Shown: positions 19,868 through 30,952 of the stretch, in pieces | How the letters are laid out: each line of letters opens with the position of its first letter | How positions within the stretch are numbered: position 1 is the stretch's first letter | Source of the DNA: Escherichia phage ECP_WGS_SA1 | Sequence record: PQ604604 | Length of the DNA: 64,000 nucleotides | Direction: 5' to 3' (one strand) | Program-made: the position numbers and the translations under genes | The notes under the pieces: model-generated | Told to the model about the DNA's origin: nothing | What the model saw: the letters and a program-made list of their open reading frames with translations, nothing else | The model's database searches: none

Positions 19868-22048
19868 GTGTCTGACTCATTAGAAAAATTTGTTCTTCAA
19901 TATACGGTGGACTTGAAAGAGTCCATCAATCGTCTTGAGCAATTGCAAGATAAGGTTGATCAGACAAACAAAAAGGCAAAGTCCGCTGGTAAAGACTTCA
20001 CCGGAGCATTCAAAGATGTGTTTGGTGAGTTGAAGCCTCTCACAGCTGAACTGGGGTCTATTGACGGAATCCTTGCGCGGCTTACTTACCGCTTTGCCGC
20101 GCTCGTTCCTGTTGTCGCAGGATTGGCTGTCGTCGTCAAATCCATTGTTGATGTTCGAAAAGAATACGAAGCGCAAAGGAAGCTGGGATTTGAAGCAGGA
20201 CTTTCACCAATTGGCGTGGAGCAATTACAGCGACAATTGAATGAGAGTTCAGGCGGAGTTCTTGGTGCGCAAGGGTCAAGGGATTTAATCAGCAAGGCTT
20301 CTAATCTCGCATTCAACGCATACACCAACCCCGATGTGATGAACAAGGACAACTTGTTGCTGAACAAGATGGGGACCAGCCCTTTCAACAGTAACGGCGG
20401 CATAAAAGACACGAACCAGCTGCTTGATGAAATTGGCACAAAGCTGAGAAGTGTGAATGAGCAAACCGCTCGTGCTATTGGTGCTCTGGCAGGTTTTACC
20501 GCCGATGAAGTCCGTGCGCTTCGTGAGCGAAATCAATCAGTCAAAGAAAGCACCCGTATAAGCGACGAAGAAACCGCGAAGCTGCAAAGACAGCAGGCTG
20601 CGCTTGAAACGATACGAAACAGCATGGGGCAAATTCAAGAAGACTGGCGACGCATTGAACTGGTAATCGGTGAGAACGTGATGCCAGCATTCTCGACGCT
20701 TGTCAGTAAAACCGCCGATACAGTCGAAGGATTCCAGATGATGTTCCAAAGAATGTCTGATGGATGGTCCGAATTTGTCGACAATTTCATTGCTGACTTG
20801 AAGCACCCGTTTGATAAACAGGCGGCTGTTAACGAGCGCCACGAGCGCGCCGTTGATAGATGGATCACACAGATGGCAGACGGCGATGTGAAACGCCAGA
20901 GGAACCAGGAGCAAAACGCGGCTGAACAACGTTCTGCGCAAGCACTTTTCACTCGCGACATCAACCTGTTTTCAAGTGCCGTTTCAACCTTTGCTGGAGT
21001 CATTGATGAGCGACAAGCATGGGCTGCATGGGCTGGTGAGATAGGACGAAGCGCAGGCCAATCCGCAATGCCTGGCACGCCAGCACTAAGCACTGGTGCG
21101 ACCGTAGGCAACAACTTGGGGTCAGGAAATCCGACTGCATATGACTCAATCTATGAGGAAGCCTCCAAGCGTTATGGAATCCCTGTTGCGATGATGAAGG
21201 CCGTCACAGAAGTCGAATCTGGATTCAACCCTAATGCCGTAAGCGGAGCAGGCGCGACCGGATTGATGCAAATAATGCCTTCCAACTTCAAGGGACTTGG
21301 TATCACAGACGGTAACGACCCAAGACAAAACATTATGGGCGGCGCTCAACTTCTCAAGGAATATTTAACTGCTGCCAATGGCGATTGGAATCTTGCGCTG
21401 ACTATGTATCACGGCGGATATGACCGCAGCGGATGGGGGAAGAACACCCGTGCATACCCTGGCAAGGTAATGGCCGCTCTCGAACGACAGGCAAATGGAG
21501 AATACGCCACGGGAGCGCCGCAAGGTGCACCAGTTACTCCAGTGCTTAGCGGTAGCGGAGTAGAAGCGCCGAAAGGAAGCTATGCACCAGTACAAGGCCA
21601 ATCCCGCCAAACGGTGCAATACAGACAGTTGCAAGAAGCCATTGCAGGATACCTAAACGTGCCAGTTGAGCAGTTGATGCAAGGGCAAGTTAACAAAGGC
21701 GATATTGACTTTGCTCAAACTTACCTTAAACTTGGAACGCAAAGGGATTATATTAAAAACATGCAGCTGGCTTCAACTCCAGGCGTAAGACCGAACATTC
21801 AGGCCGAAGCGATGAAGAATGCTCGTCTTGCCGCATTCCAGCTTGAGGCGTTCCAGAAATACGGCGGCGACCTCTCCGCGAATAGTCGACCTGGTGGGCG
21901 TGATATTACTATGGGTCAGAAAAACGTTGTCATCAACGTCAACGGCGCTCAAGACCCACGAAGCACGGCTATTGAGACTAAGCGCGTGCTTGAACAAGAT
22001 GATATCAACGACATAAACAACCTTACTGCTACACCTTTGAAGTGGTGA
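19868..22048 (+). CDS. Tail tape measure protein with lytic transglycosylase (SLT) domain
   Basis: 726 aa, helical N-terminal half; SLT-like motif region EVESGFNPNAVSGAGATGLMQIMP. Confidence 0.75.
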   Translation: MSDSLEKFVLQYTVDLKESINRLEQLQDKVDQTNKKAKSAGKDFTGAFKDVFGELKPLTAELGSIDGILARLTYRFAALVPVVAGLAVVVKSIVDVRKEYEAQRKLGFEAGLSPIGVEQLQRQLNESSGGVLGAQGSRDLISKASNLAFNAYTNPDVMNKDNLLLNKMGTSPFNSNGGIKDTNQLLDEIGTKLRSVNEQTARAIGALAGFTADEVRALRERNQSVKESTRISDEETAKLQRQQAALETIRNSMGQIQEDWRRIELVIGENVMPAFSTLVSKTADTVEGFQMMFQRMSDGWSEFVDNFIADLKHPFDKQAAVNERHERAVDRWITQMADGDVKRQRNQEQNAAEQRSAQALFTRDINLFSSAVSTFAGVIDERQAWAAWAGEIGRSAGQSAMPGTPALSTGATVGNNLGSGNPTAYDSIYEEASKRYGIPVAMMKAVTEVESGFNPNAVSGAGATGLMQIMPSNFKGLGITDGNDPRQNIMGGAQLLKEYLTAANGDWNLALTMYHGGYDRSGWGKNTRAYPGKVMAALERQANGEYATGAPQGAPVTPVLSGSGVEAPKGSYAPVQGQSRQTVQYRQLQEAIAGYLNVPVEQLMQGQVNKGDIDFAQTYLKLGTQRDYIKNMQLASTPGVRPNIQAEAMKNARLAAFQLEAFQKYGGDLSANSRPGGRDITMGQKNVVINVNGAQDPRSTAIETKRVLEQDDINDINNLTATPLKW

Positions 22049-22052
22049 TCAT

Positions 22053-22925
22053 TTGAAAAAGAGAATACTTAAAGTCACCTTATCCATGCCGGATGGCACA
22101 AGCCAAGTGATTGACGAAGGATTGATGCTTAGATGCCGAATCAAAAAGGCAGCACTTTCCGTTCAGAATAAGGCCACGATTGAAGTTGCAGGATTAACAG
22201 GGTACTTGAGAGAGTACCTGCTTTCCAACTTCACGGCATTCAACAAACGTCTGCGTGATCAAGGCCAGCTGGCGGCGAACTACGTAAACGTGACTATTGA
22301 AGCTGGATACAGAGAAGGGAGTGTAATCAGCAGCAACTTGGTATACAAGGGACAGGTGACGACAGTTGAGATAACAGCGCCGCCGCCGAATATTGTCATC
22401 AGAATCACTTGCTACACCAACCAAATAAACAGAACTAAGTTCATCACTCAAGCTGCGCCATCCAACCCGACTTTCAAAGAGTTTGTGGAATGGTCTGCAA
22501 AACAAATGGACATCGATACTGTTATTTGCGATACGTCGATTAACAATCAGCGACTTGTGAATCCAGGAAGAACGACATATGTTGCTGCTGCGCTGCTGCT
22601 TGAGATCCAGAACTATCAACGCAACTCCATCGCGGCATACATTGATGACGATACGTTAATTGTCAAGGATAAAGACAAAATTCTAAATCCAGACCAGATT
22701 ACGGTCATTGAGGAATTTGTCGGAATACCGATGTGGAACGAGTGGGGTGCAGACTTCACTTGTATGTATAACGCAGATTTGAAGCTTGCACAAGGTGTTA
22801 AATTCAAATCAGTCTTAAACCCAAGCTTGAACGACACCACATTTGTCATCATGCAACTTGAATATGATTTAGCAAGTCGTGATGATATATTTACGGTGAC
22901 GGGCGGCGTTGCACCATCGGCATAA
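22053..22925 (+). CDS. Tail/baseplate protein
   Basis: Position after tape measure. Confidence 0.5.
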   Translation: MKKRILKVTLSMPDGTSQVIDEGLMLRCRIKKAALSVQNKATIEVAGLTGYLREYLLSNFTAFNKRLRDQGQLAANYVNVTIEAGYREGSVISSNLVYKGQVTTVEITAPPPNIVIRITCYTNQINRTKFITQAAPSNPTFKEFVEWSAKQMDIDTVICDTSINNQRLVNPGRTTYVAAALLLEIQNYQRNSIAAYIDDDTLIVKDKDKILNPDQITVIEEFVGIPMWNEWGADFTCMYNADLKLAQGVKFKSVLNPSLNDTTFVIMQLEYDLASRDDIFTVTGGVAPSA

Positions 22926-22927
22926 AT

Positions 22928-23449
22928 ATGAGAAAGAATAAAGTAATTGACTTGTTTGGCGTTACTTATGAAATTCATCAATTCAGCGCAATAGATGCAT
23001 TCGAAATGGTGGACGACATAAGCATATTAACTCCACTTGAATTATTGAGTGAATGTTATGTCATCAAATATGACGGGTCCAAAGTAAGGCTTAATTCTGA
23101 AAAAGTAATTAGTGAGGAAGTGAAAAGCATACCTAATCACTTGCCGCCTAATCTTGTGTTGAAAGTATTAATGGAAGCAGTTAAAAAGCACAACTTTGGA
23201 TTCCTTAGCGATTGGAAAGGCACCAAGATTCCAAATAGATTCTTGGCGGATGCACCGACAGTAGAGCCTAATTATCTTGAGCCAATGGTTGCAAGTCTAA
23301 TAAATAACGGCCTTGCCTCTTTAAAGGAGTTGGAAGAATACTATTCATTGCGTGATGCATTTGCCATGTTTGATGGTTTAATAGCAAAATCACTTAATGA
23401 AGCCTACTCAAACGAAGCTGCCATTAAAGAATCAAAGTCAAATCGCTAA
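22928..23449 (+). CDS. Hypothetical baseplate-module protein
   Basis: ORF. Confidence 0.45.
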   Translation: MRKNKVIDLFGVTYEIHQFSAIDAFEMVDDISILTPLELLSECYVIKYDGSKVRLNSEKVISEEVKSIPNHLPPNLVLKVLMEAVKKHNFGFLSDWKGTKIPNRFLADAPTVEPNYLEPMVASLINNGLASLKELEEYYSLRDAFAMFDGLIAKSLNEAYSNEAAIKESKSNR

Positions 23450-23509
23450 AATATTGCTTATAGACTCCTTATAGATTATAATTTGTTGATCATATATAAG
23501 GAGTCTATG

Positions 23510-24235
23510 ATGGCAGAAAAGTTAACCCAACTTACAAGCCCCAACCAAACTGACAAATCAAGTATGTTTGCCGCTCTGCAGGGAATGCTGGACCGTGGCA
23601 AGTATACCACTGATGGCATGATTCCTGCGCAAGTAATATCTTATGACCGCAAGAAAAATTTAGCAGTCATAAAACCTGTTATTCATTTCGTAAGTCTTGA
23701 TGATAAGCCAGTGGAGCGTCAACCTTTGGTGTCAATTCCGGTACTGGCAATCGGCGGCGGCGGCTTCGTGATCAACTTCCCTTTGAAGGAAGGGGACTTG
23801 GGCTGGATATTCGCTGGCGACCGCGAGTTGTCGACATTCCTTGAAGAATTGAAGCCGACTGCGCCTACCAATGGCCGTGTAAAAACTTTCGCTGATGGAC
23901 TGTTCATACCGGATGTATTCCGAAAATACACCATAAGCGGAGAGGATGCAGGGTCAATGGTAATTCAATCCCTCAGCGGCGCTGTGAGAATTGCACTAAG
24001 CGATGACTCAATAAACATAAATGCGTCTGCTGGAGTAAACGTCAAGACCCCGATAACCACTATCGATCAACAATTGATAGTAAATGGAAAGGCAACATTC
24101 AATGGTGGGATAGAAGGCAAAGAAGGAACGACGGCAACGCTTCCGACTGGCACAACGGTCGGCGGCATTGATGTATCCACTCACGGGCATATCGGTAACG
24201 GGCCTGGAAACAGAACTGGGAATATGATAGAATGA
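23510..24235 (+). CDS. Baseplate spike / gpV-like protein
   Basis: AAGGAG RBS; OB-fold-like N-terminus and Gly-rich segment; position before J-like gene. Confidence 0.5.
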   Translation: MAEKLTQLTSPNQTDKSSMFAALQGMLDRGKYTTDGMIPAQVISYDRKKNLAVIKPVIHFVSLDDKPVERQPLVSIPVLAIGGGGFVINFPLKEGDLGWIFAGDRELSTFLEELKPTAPTNGRVKTFADGLFIPDVFRKYTISGEDAGSMVIQSLSGAVRIALSDDSININASAGVNVKTPITTIDQQLIVNGKATFNGGIEGKEGTTATLPTGTTVGGIDVSTHGHIGNGPGNRTGNMIE

Positions 24236-25503
24236 GTGCACAATATTCTTACATAGTAAGCACTGGTGTGATCACCATTGACACGGCAGATTTATTGGCT
24301 GATGTTCAAGGTGAATGGATTGAGTCTTTAGGGGTCGGGCTTGATGTTGATGCTTCGACGCCGCAAGGCACGCTAATCGCAACAGAGACGTTGGCAAGAA
24401 CTTCAGTGATGAAGAACAATGCCGAATTGGGAAGCCTCATCAACCCTAACTACTCATATGGAGTATACCTTGATGCAATCGCGGCGCTTCTTGGCATCGA
24501 GCGCACAAAGAATGTAAGCACAATGCTGAAAGGTGTGACTGCAGAGGGCACGCCTCTGCTGGAAATTCCTGCTGGAAGTCTTCTTACTGATTCAAATGGT
24601 ACATACTGGTATGTGCTGGAAGACGTTCAAATCACTTCGACTGGCAAGACAAGTAATATGACTCTTGCATCAAAAGATTATGGATCATTCACTGTTGCTC
24701 CTGATGAAGAGTTTACAGTGGTGCAAGGTTATGACGTCATCGGATGGTCAAGAACTTATTCAACGTCGGCAACAACGACCGTGCCAGGAACACAATACAT
24801 GAGCGACGGAGCATTAAAGGCCGCTCGCGTTAAGCGTCTTTACCAGCAGGGCATTGCATCGCTTGGTGCCATTCGCGCTCGCGCCATGTCGGTCGACGGT
24901 GTAGAATCTGTGATGGTCGTGGAGAACGACACAGGAGCGCCTGGAACGGTGCGCGGCATCACCTTCTCAACGCCTAACGGTGTTTGGGTGTGCGCAAGCG
25001 GAACATTTGACAAGCAAGTGTTTGCGGAGACGATATTCAAGGCGAAGATGGGCGGTCAACCTTGGGACTTTGGCGCTGCTAATCAAGGTGATCCGGTAAA
25101 CTCGCCTGATGGAATCGAAGTGGTCGATGCAGAATCACAGCTGTCTTATTTCGTAAAATTCAACACTGCAGTGATATATGATTTGTATGTTGATATAACC
25201 GTTTCAAGAGGAACGGCTACCGCTGATGCTGAGTCTATCATTGCCGCTGTGCTGAATTACGGCAATGGCAATTTTAACGGTGAGCAGGGGTATACAGTAG
25301 GGCAATCTCAATCTTCTTTTGAAATTGCTTCAGCAGTATCCTGCGAATACCCAGGACTTTATATCAAAGATTGCAAAATTGCAGCAGTTAAAAGCGGACA
25401 GGCAGCGCCAACTTATCCTTCCGATTATGGCAGCGAGTGGATTGCCAATCCCTGGGATAAGGCCAATACTATGCGCGGCTTCATCAACGTTAAATTTGTG
25501 TGA
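24232..25503 (+). CDS. Baseplate J-like protein
   Basis: Size and position; general similarity to baseplate J family. Confidence 0.5.
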   Translation: MSAQYSYIVSTGVITIDTADLLADVQGEWIESLGVGLDVDASTPQGTLIATETLARTSVMKNNAELGSLINPNYSYGVYLDAIAALLGIERTKNVSTMLKGVTAEGTPLLEIPAGSLLTDSNGTYWYVLEDVQITSTGKTSNMTLASKDYGSFTVAPDEEFTVVQGYDVIGWSRTYSTSATTTVPGTQYMSDGALKAARVKRLYQQGIASLGAIRARAMSVDGVESVMVVENDTGAPGTVRGITFSTPNGVWVCASGTFDKQVFAETIFKAKMGGQPWDFGAANQGDPVNSPDGIEVVDAESQLSYFVKFNTAVIYDLYVDITVSRGTATADAESIIAAVLNYGNGNFNGEQGYTVGQSQSSFEIASAVSCEYPGLYIKDCKIAAVKSGQAAPTYPSDYGSEWIANPWDKANTMRGFINVKFV

Positions 25504-25509
25504 GGAACT

Positions 25510-28248
25510 ATGCAAAAGTTTGACACAAACCTGTTGCAAAACCTTAAGTGGATGCAGAATAACGCGCCAAACATCACATCTTTGGTTCAGAAGAAGAGTG
25601 ACTGGTACGAGCGATATCAAGATCAGTTTTGGATTGACTGGTACAAGAACATATTCAACATTGATACTTGTGATGCAATGGGCATCTATATTTGGTGTGA
25701 CATCCTATGCATACCAAGGGATTTTGTTGACTTAAGCAACTATGAGCACAACTGGGCGTTTGGACCCACACGCGACAACTTCGAAGGGCCGGACAATATC
25801 GGCGGCAACTTCTTTGGTGCTGGCGGAAAGGTTGTGAAAAACATTGAAGAAGCCCGCATCCTTCTGAAGCTTCGTTATCTGACGCTTACAAGTGATGGCC
25901 GCATAGAAAGCATCAACCGTATGCTTAAGTGGATTTTCAACCGTGGAGAAGATTGGGATTACTCTTCATCGCGCTACGCATATGTGACAGATAATACTCA
26001 AGGCGCGGTGTCTTCTTCTGAATCAACAAACGGTTCATTCCTTCTGTACGACTGGCAGGGGTCAACTGAGATTCAGCACGATTATAAACAAATTCTTTTG
26101 AGTCACGGCAACAACGCAGGACTTACCATAAGTGGGGTGACAGGGACCGTTTCGCGAATGGCACACCCAGACTGGTATTCATGGGGTAATGGGTCCGGCG
26201 CTGGTATTGTCGGCGGTGATACACGCCAATATGGCGGCCCTGACTATTACGGCCAACTGTGCGGTGATTACCCAGGAGAGGCCATAGAGAATTTCGCCAA
26301 CGCAGTACGGGTCATCAAGACTGCTTCCAGCGGCGAGCCTGTGTATTCTTTGGCCAGTAATCCAAGTGCCCAATCTATTGCGCTTCCTTCTCAGGCTGGT
26401 GTCAACGTTTGCTATAGCTTCTACATAAAAGTGCTTTCTGAAAACGTGGCTTCTGTTTCCGTAACAGAGAACAGTGATGCATCGAGTAATGGAAAACTTT
26501 TCGACCCAGTGACTGGGCAGTTCAACCTTGACTCTTCTTTGAGTTATTTCATCACAGGCAAGTTCGACGGTGTGAGAAGGGAATCAAACCGTGGTGGCAT
26601 CAAGGCAATCGGCGGCGATTGGTACAGAATCTGGATTGTAGAGCAAACTGCAAACGCGACGGCTGGGGTGAAAACAAGCTTTTCAATTGAGTTGAAAGCA
26701 ACTGCCGCTGGATCAACCCAGACTCGTGAATTGCCTGAAGGGTCTGATGCGCTTCTTTTTGGATACTCCATTTGTGTTTGCGACCCTGTTCAAAATCCTA
26801 ATGGGCCTGAGCCTTATTTCTATGGGACTCAAAATCCTCCTGCAGATGGAACGGCAATTCTGTCTGTTACGGCAGGAACGCTCAACAACATATCTTGCGC
26901 AAACGGTCCGTTGACCACAAGGAATGGCGTGGTAGGTGAATCATTCATGCAGCCTGGTTCATCGCTTGCATACTCTGGTTCAATCGGCGGCTACCCGTAC
27001 CCAGGAAACGCAACATTGATTGCAGAGACAGATGGAATCAGACGCTCATGGAACGTTAGCCGATTGGACGGAGTACCGCCGCCGCCGACCGCTGACTATT
27101 ACATGGAATATGTCATCGGACCTTATTTCGCCAACAACTTGTCTGATAACTTTAAGACGCTAGTTGGCGACAGGAATGAAGGATTCTTGCCAGCAAATGC
27201 CGGAATACGTTGGCAGCTTTACCAAGAAGTCGCAGACTTATCTGATATTGATTTGACTGTCAGCAACATAACAGACACGCGAGTTGGATTCGAAACGGAA
27301 GGTGTCGCATGGATTAACACTGACGGGATCATCAGAGTTGGCGGCATAAACGAGTGGCCGCTGAATGACTTTAAAGGCGTAATACGACAGCTTGAGTCTT
27401 TGAAAGGTGTTAACCAAGTTATCGATGGCGCGCTTGTCAACGACTATTCAATCTCAAAAGCATCAAGAGATGACTTTGGTCGTGAAATCCCACGTGCCGC
27501 GATCACAAACTACTGGCGATACACACAGCCCAATGACGGCACATCTTTTGGCAATATCGTCAAGGACGGAGATAACACGGTAACGGCGACGCCAATCAGC
27601 GGTGTGCCCAACCAGTTCCCATCATTCAAGCTTTCCGCTACAATAGGGACTGTGCCAGCGTCCGGCTATGCACGTGCTGTACTTGCTACTAAATACACTG
27701 GCAACCTGACTGGTCCTTTGTCATTTATCGCAATAGTTAAAAACAACACGGTAAACGGTCAAAAACTTTTCGTAACCGTACCGGATGGTATGGGCGGCTA
27801 TATCCCTAAATTCTACAGCATAGGCGCAGGTGATTTGCAACGCATCGAAATTGACCTTGCCGCTGAGATTGTTGCAGGAACGACTTGGGATGGTTCGACA
27901 GGTGGAATCAGCATTGGTTTGATATCAGGGAAAGACTTGCCGACCGAAGTCGGTACGACTCTTGAACTTGATATTTTAAGCTTGATGCTTGTTTCTGGTA
28001 ATACGATGAATGCGCTTGCGATTTCAACAAGCGAAGACTTTGCAAAGAAAACTGCAACTTCTATATACATCAAAAACCCAGGGTCATTGGCGACTGGAGT
28101 TCAATTGATAGCTTCGAATGGGGATGTTGTAGCGACAGTAAACTTTCCAAGAAGTGCTGCTGGCGGTTATGTTTCAAGCATGAATATAACTGACTTAACT
28201 GGTGATTGGGCATCAACCCTTTTATCAAAAATTAAATACATCGTGTAG
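25510..28248 (+). CDS. Large tail/baseplate protein (912 aa)
   Basis: Position between baseplate and fibre genes. Confidence 0.55.
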   Translation: MQKFDTNLLQNLKWMQNNAPNITSLVQKKSDWYERYQDQFWIDWYKNIFNIDTCDAMGIYIWCDILCIPRDFVDLSNYEHNWAFGPTRDNFEGPDNIGGNFFGAGGKVVKNIEEARILLKLRYLTLTSDGRIESINRMLKWIFNRGEDWDYSSSRYAYVTDNTQGAVSSSESTNGSFLLYDWQGSTEIQHDYKQILLSHGNNAGLTISGVTGTVSRMAHPDWYSWGNGSGAGIVGGDTRQYGGPDYYGQLCGDYPGEAIENFANAVRVIKTASSGEPVYSLASNPSAQSIALPSQAGVNVCYSFYIKVLSENVASVSVTENSDASSNGKLFDPVTGQFNLDSSLSYFITGKFDGVRRESNRGGIKAIGGDWYRIWIVEQTANATAGVKTSFSIELKATAAGSTQTRELPEGSDALLFGYSICVCDPVQNPNGPEPYFYGTQNPPADGTAILSVTAGTLNNISCANGPLTTRNGVVGESFMQPGSSLAYSGSIGGYPYPGNATLIAETDGIRRSWNVSRLDGVPPPPTADYYMEYVIGPYFANNLSDNFKTLVGDRNEGFLPANAGIRWQLYQEVADLSDIDLTVSNITDTRVGFETEGVAWINTDGIIRVGGINEWPLNDFKGVIRQLESLKGVNQVIDGALVNDYSISKASRDDFGREIPRAAITNYWRYTQPNDGTSFGNIVKDGDNTVTATPISGVPNQFPSFKLSATIGTVPASGYARAVLATKYTGNLTGPLSFIAIVKNNTVNGQKLFVTVPDGMGGYIPKFYSIGAGDLQRIEIDLAAEIVAGTTWDGSTGGISIGLISGKDLPTEVGTTLELDILSLMLVSGNTMNALAISTSEDFAKKTATSIYIKNPGSLATGVQLIASNGDVVATVNFPRSAAGGYVSSMNITDLTGDWASTLLSKIKYIV

Positions 28249-28258
28249 AGGAACGGCA

Positions 28259-30043
28259 ATGCCAACACTTATTAACAGACCTTTCGCGCAAAGCGGTGAT
28301 GTATCCGTGGTGCCGGATGCAAGCCCAAGCGGTTATGTAAACTTCCAGCGCGGCTACACCCCTGACTATGCGCTTGCTCTGGAGGCTGGAAACGTCGCCG
28401 CGAAAGCTGTTGAGCGCGAATCGATGAACTGGTTGCTGAATTTGATCACAGACAACCTTATGTTTATTCAAGATCATGGCGCTCAACAATATTTCTCTTC
28501 TGACTTGAAGCCGGATGGATACCCGAAAAATGCCATCGTTGTCAGCAACTCTGGAACGCCTTCAGCACCTGAGTGGCGCATCTTTCAGAGCGTGGTCGAC
28601 GGCAACACAAGCGCCGTACCAGCTAACGGAGAAACGGAATCTTGGCAGGAATTAACACTGCCCAGCGAAGCGCGAAAATACATTCCGATGCCTGCTGGCG
28701 GCGATGCGCAAAACCCGTACTTTGTTCGCGGATTGATTTCAAGTTTTGTGGACTTCGATAACATCACGACATCCACAACTATCGTCATTCAATCCGATGC
28801 CGTCGCCGCTCTGTGCTCTAACATCCCGAATGCGGTTGGCGCAACGAAGGTTGCAGGTCGACTGCAGGTCTGCGCTTGGCAGGTCGATGCGCAAACCTTT
28901 GCCTTGCAGCAATATACATCAATGAATGGCTATTTGTTTACTCGCTCTTATACTTCTGGTGCTTGGAGTGCTTGGATTCAAAATGCCACTGTTCAAGATG
29001 TGCAAATTGGAACGCCGAATCTTGCATCAGGTAAAGGCGCGCAAGATATAATTCTCACCGTTCCAGCAGGGTATTCATGGCCTCCGTCAGCAGGTAGTCG
29101 CCTGACAATCGTCAATGATGTAACGACTACCGGACCTGTCACCGTGACCATTGGTGTAAACAAAGTTGCCGTTCTTGGATTCGACGGCGGCGAGTTGCCA
29201 GCTGGCGCTATCGTAGGATTGCTGCCATTCACCATCATTTATGACGGAACTGTTTGGCGTCTCCTTCAGGCGTTTGGCGCGGCGCAAATCGGTGTTGATG
29301 CTACTGAGCCGCAACAGTTTGTTACNNNNNNNNNNNNNNNNNNNNNNGCTGCGAAGTTGATCACTATGGGTGATGTGTTCGAAGTCGGTGAGACTCGATT
29401 CCTGACAAACGGGACCAACCCAAATACCAAACTGGGTGCTTACGGTCAGGTATGGACGAGACTGCCTGATAACATGGTGATTCGCACGTCCGGCACGGCA
29501 CGAAACGGTCTTGCCACTGGCGGCGCGGACTCTGTTACTCTTACCGCCGCCATGCTTCCTCTCCACAATCACAGCGTGAACATTACCACGCGCCAGAGCG
29601 GACCATGGTCCAATACCACTGGAGATGCAGGCAATCACAACCACACAGGCGATACAAGCCAAAACGGCGCTCACGTACACGGTATGGATGCNNNNNNNNN
29701 NNNNNNNNNNNNNNNNNNNNNNNNNNNNNNNNNNNNNNNNNNNNNNNNNNNNNNNNNNNNNNNNNNNNNNNNNNNNNNNNNNNNNNNNNNNNNNNNNNNN
29801 NNNGATAACTACAAATACAACACTTCAACTAATGGCAACCACGTCCATAATATTCAATCTTCTGGATCACACACCCATGGTTTGAATATAAANNNNNCTG
29901 GCAATCACAGCCATGGCTATACCCTTCCCGCTCACACTCACGATGTGGTCGGGAATACTGGCGATGCAGGACAGTCGGTGCCAACGGCTGTTGCGACTTT
30001 GCCGCGATACGTTGTTTTGAATGGCTGGTACAGAAGCGCATAA
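28259..30043 (+). CDS. Tail fibre protein with His-x-His repeats
   Basis: AGAGGA RBS; C-terminal repeats GNHNHTGD, NGNHVHNIQSSGSHTHG, GNHSHGYTLPAHTHD like metal-binding fibre tips; three N-masked stretches inside. Confidence 0.65.
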   Translation: MPTLINRPFAQSGDVSVVPDASPSGYVNFQRGYTPDYALALEAGNVAAKAVERESMNWLLNLITDNLMFIQDHGAQQYFSSDLKPDGYPKNAIVVSNSGTPSAPEWRIFQSVVDGNTSAVPANGETESWQELTLPSEARKYIPMPAGGDAQNPYFVRGLISSFVDFDNITTSTTIVIQSDAVAALCSNIPNAVGATKVAGRLQVCAWQVDAQTFALQQYTSMNGYLFTRSYTSGAWSAWIQNATVQDVQIGTPNLASGKGAQDIILTVPAGYSWPPSAGSRLTIVNDVTTTGPVTVTIGVNKVAVLGFDGGELPAGAIVGLLPFTIIYDGTVWRLLQAFGAAQIGVDATEPQQFVXXXXXXXXAAKLITMGDVFEVGETRFLTNGTNPNTKLGAYGQVWTRLPDNMVIRTSGTARNGLATGGADSVTLTAAMLPLHNHSVNITTRQSGPWSNTTGDAGNHNHTGDTSQNGAHVHGMDXXXXXXXXXXXXXXXXXXXXXXXXXXXXXXXXXXXXXXDNYKYNTSTNGNHVHNIQSSGSHTHGLNIXXXGNHSHGYTLPAHTHDVVGNTGDAGQSVPTAVATLPRYVVLNGWYRSA

Positions 30044-30051
30044 GGTGATTT

Positions 30052-30696
30052 ATGATTAATGCAAACGTAATATCTAAAGGGACCGGATGCAGCATGGATG
30101 TTGCAGAGAAATGGGTGGACCCTTTCAAGCAGGCTTGTGAGCACTACGGAATCAAAAGCAAGAATGCCATCGCGGCATTACTTGCAAACGTAGGAGTAGA
30201 GACGGGCAGCTTGAAAACATTTGTGGAAAATCTCAATTACTCCGCTCAAGGTCTTGCCAATACATGGCCTAGTCGTTACAGCGTCAACGGTCGCTCTGGA
30301 AGCGCCCCGAACTCATTGGCCCTGTCTATTGCCCGTAAACCTGTGGAAATCGCCAATAATACATATGCAAACCGCATGGGCAACGGTTCAGTAGCATCTG
30401 GCGACGGTTGGAAGTACCGTGGCCGTGGTGCCATTCAGCTGACTGGTAAGGCGAACTATGCGGAATATACGCGCCAATCAGGTTATGATGCATTGAACAA
30501 TCCTGATATTCTGACTGAACCAAAATACATCGCTGACAGCGCGGCATGGTTCTTTAAGAATAGCGGCTGTATTCCTCTTGCGGATGCAGGAAATTTTGAT
30601 TCAACCGTTAAGCGGATTAACGGGGCCGCGCCGAACGCAGCAAACCACGGTGAGTTGCGAAGAAAGCGTTACAAAGATGCACTAGCAGTTATGTAA
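30052..30696 (+). CDS. Endolysin, glycoside hydrolase family 19-like
   Basis: Motif YRGRGAIQLTGKANY and overall GH19 chitinase-like pattern; AAGGTGA RBS. Confidence 0.75.
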   Translation: MINANVISKGTGCSMDVAEKWVDPFKQACEHYGIKSKNAIAALLANVGVETGSLKTFVENLNYSAQGLANTWPSRYSVNGRSGSAPNSLALSIARKPVEIANNTYANRMGNGSVASGDGWKYRGRGAIQLTGKANYAEYTRQSGYDALNNPDILTEPKYIADSAAWFFKNSGCIPLADAGNFDSTVKRINGAAPNAANHGELRRKRYKDALAVM

Positions 30697-30727
30697 GAAA
30701 AAGGCCCATATGGGCCTTTGTTTATTT
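30697..30727. terminator. Bidirectional intrinsic terminator between endolysin and convergent minus genes
   Basis: AAAGGCCCATATGGGCCTTT flanked by A-run and T-run. Confidence 0.7.
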
Positions 30728-30952
30728 TACGGCTTCAACTTGGACGGGCGGAGCGGAACTTGTATCAATGTCTGGTAAGTCGAAATAATAACCCGCCATA
30801 CCAATTGCACCCACAATCGCGGCCCGTGCCACCTTGTTGCTAATTGACTCCCCAATAAGCTTTACCAACAGGGATAAGATTTGAGACGTCAAAGCCTTTT
30901 TCAGCCTTTTGTTTTCTTCCAAATCTTTCTGCATAACTACCACCCATGTCAA
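30722..30952 (-). CDS. Small membrane protein
   Basis: Hydrophobic segment AAIVGAIGMAGYYF; convergent with endolysin. Confidence 0.4.
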   Translation of the reverse strand: MTWVVVMQKDLEENKRLKKALTSQILSLLVKLIGESISNKVARAAIVGAIGMAGYYFDLPDIDTSSAPPVQVEAVK

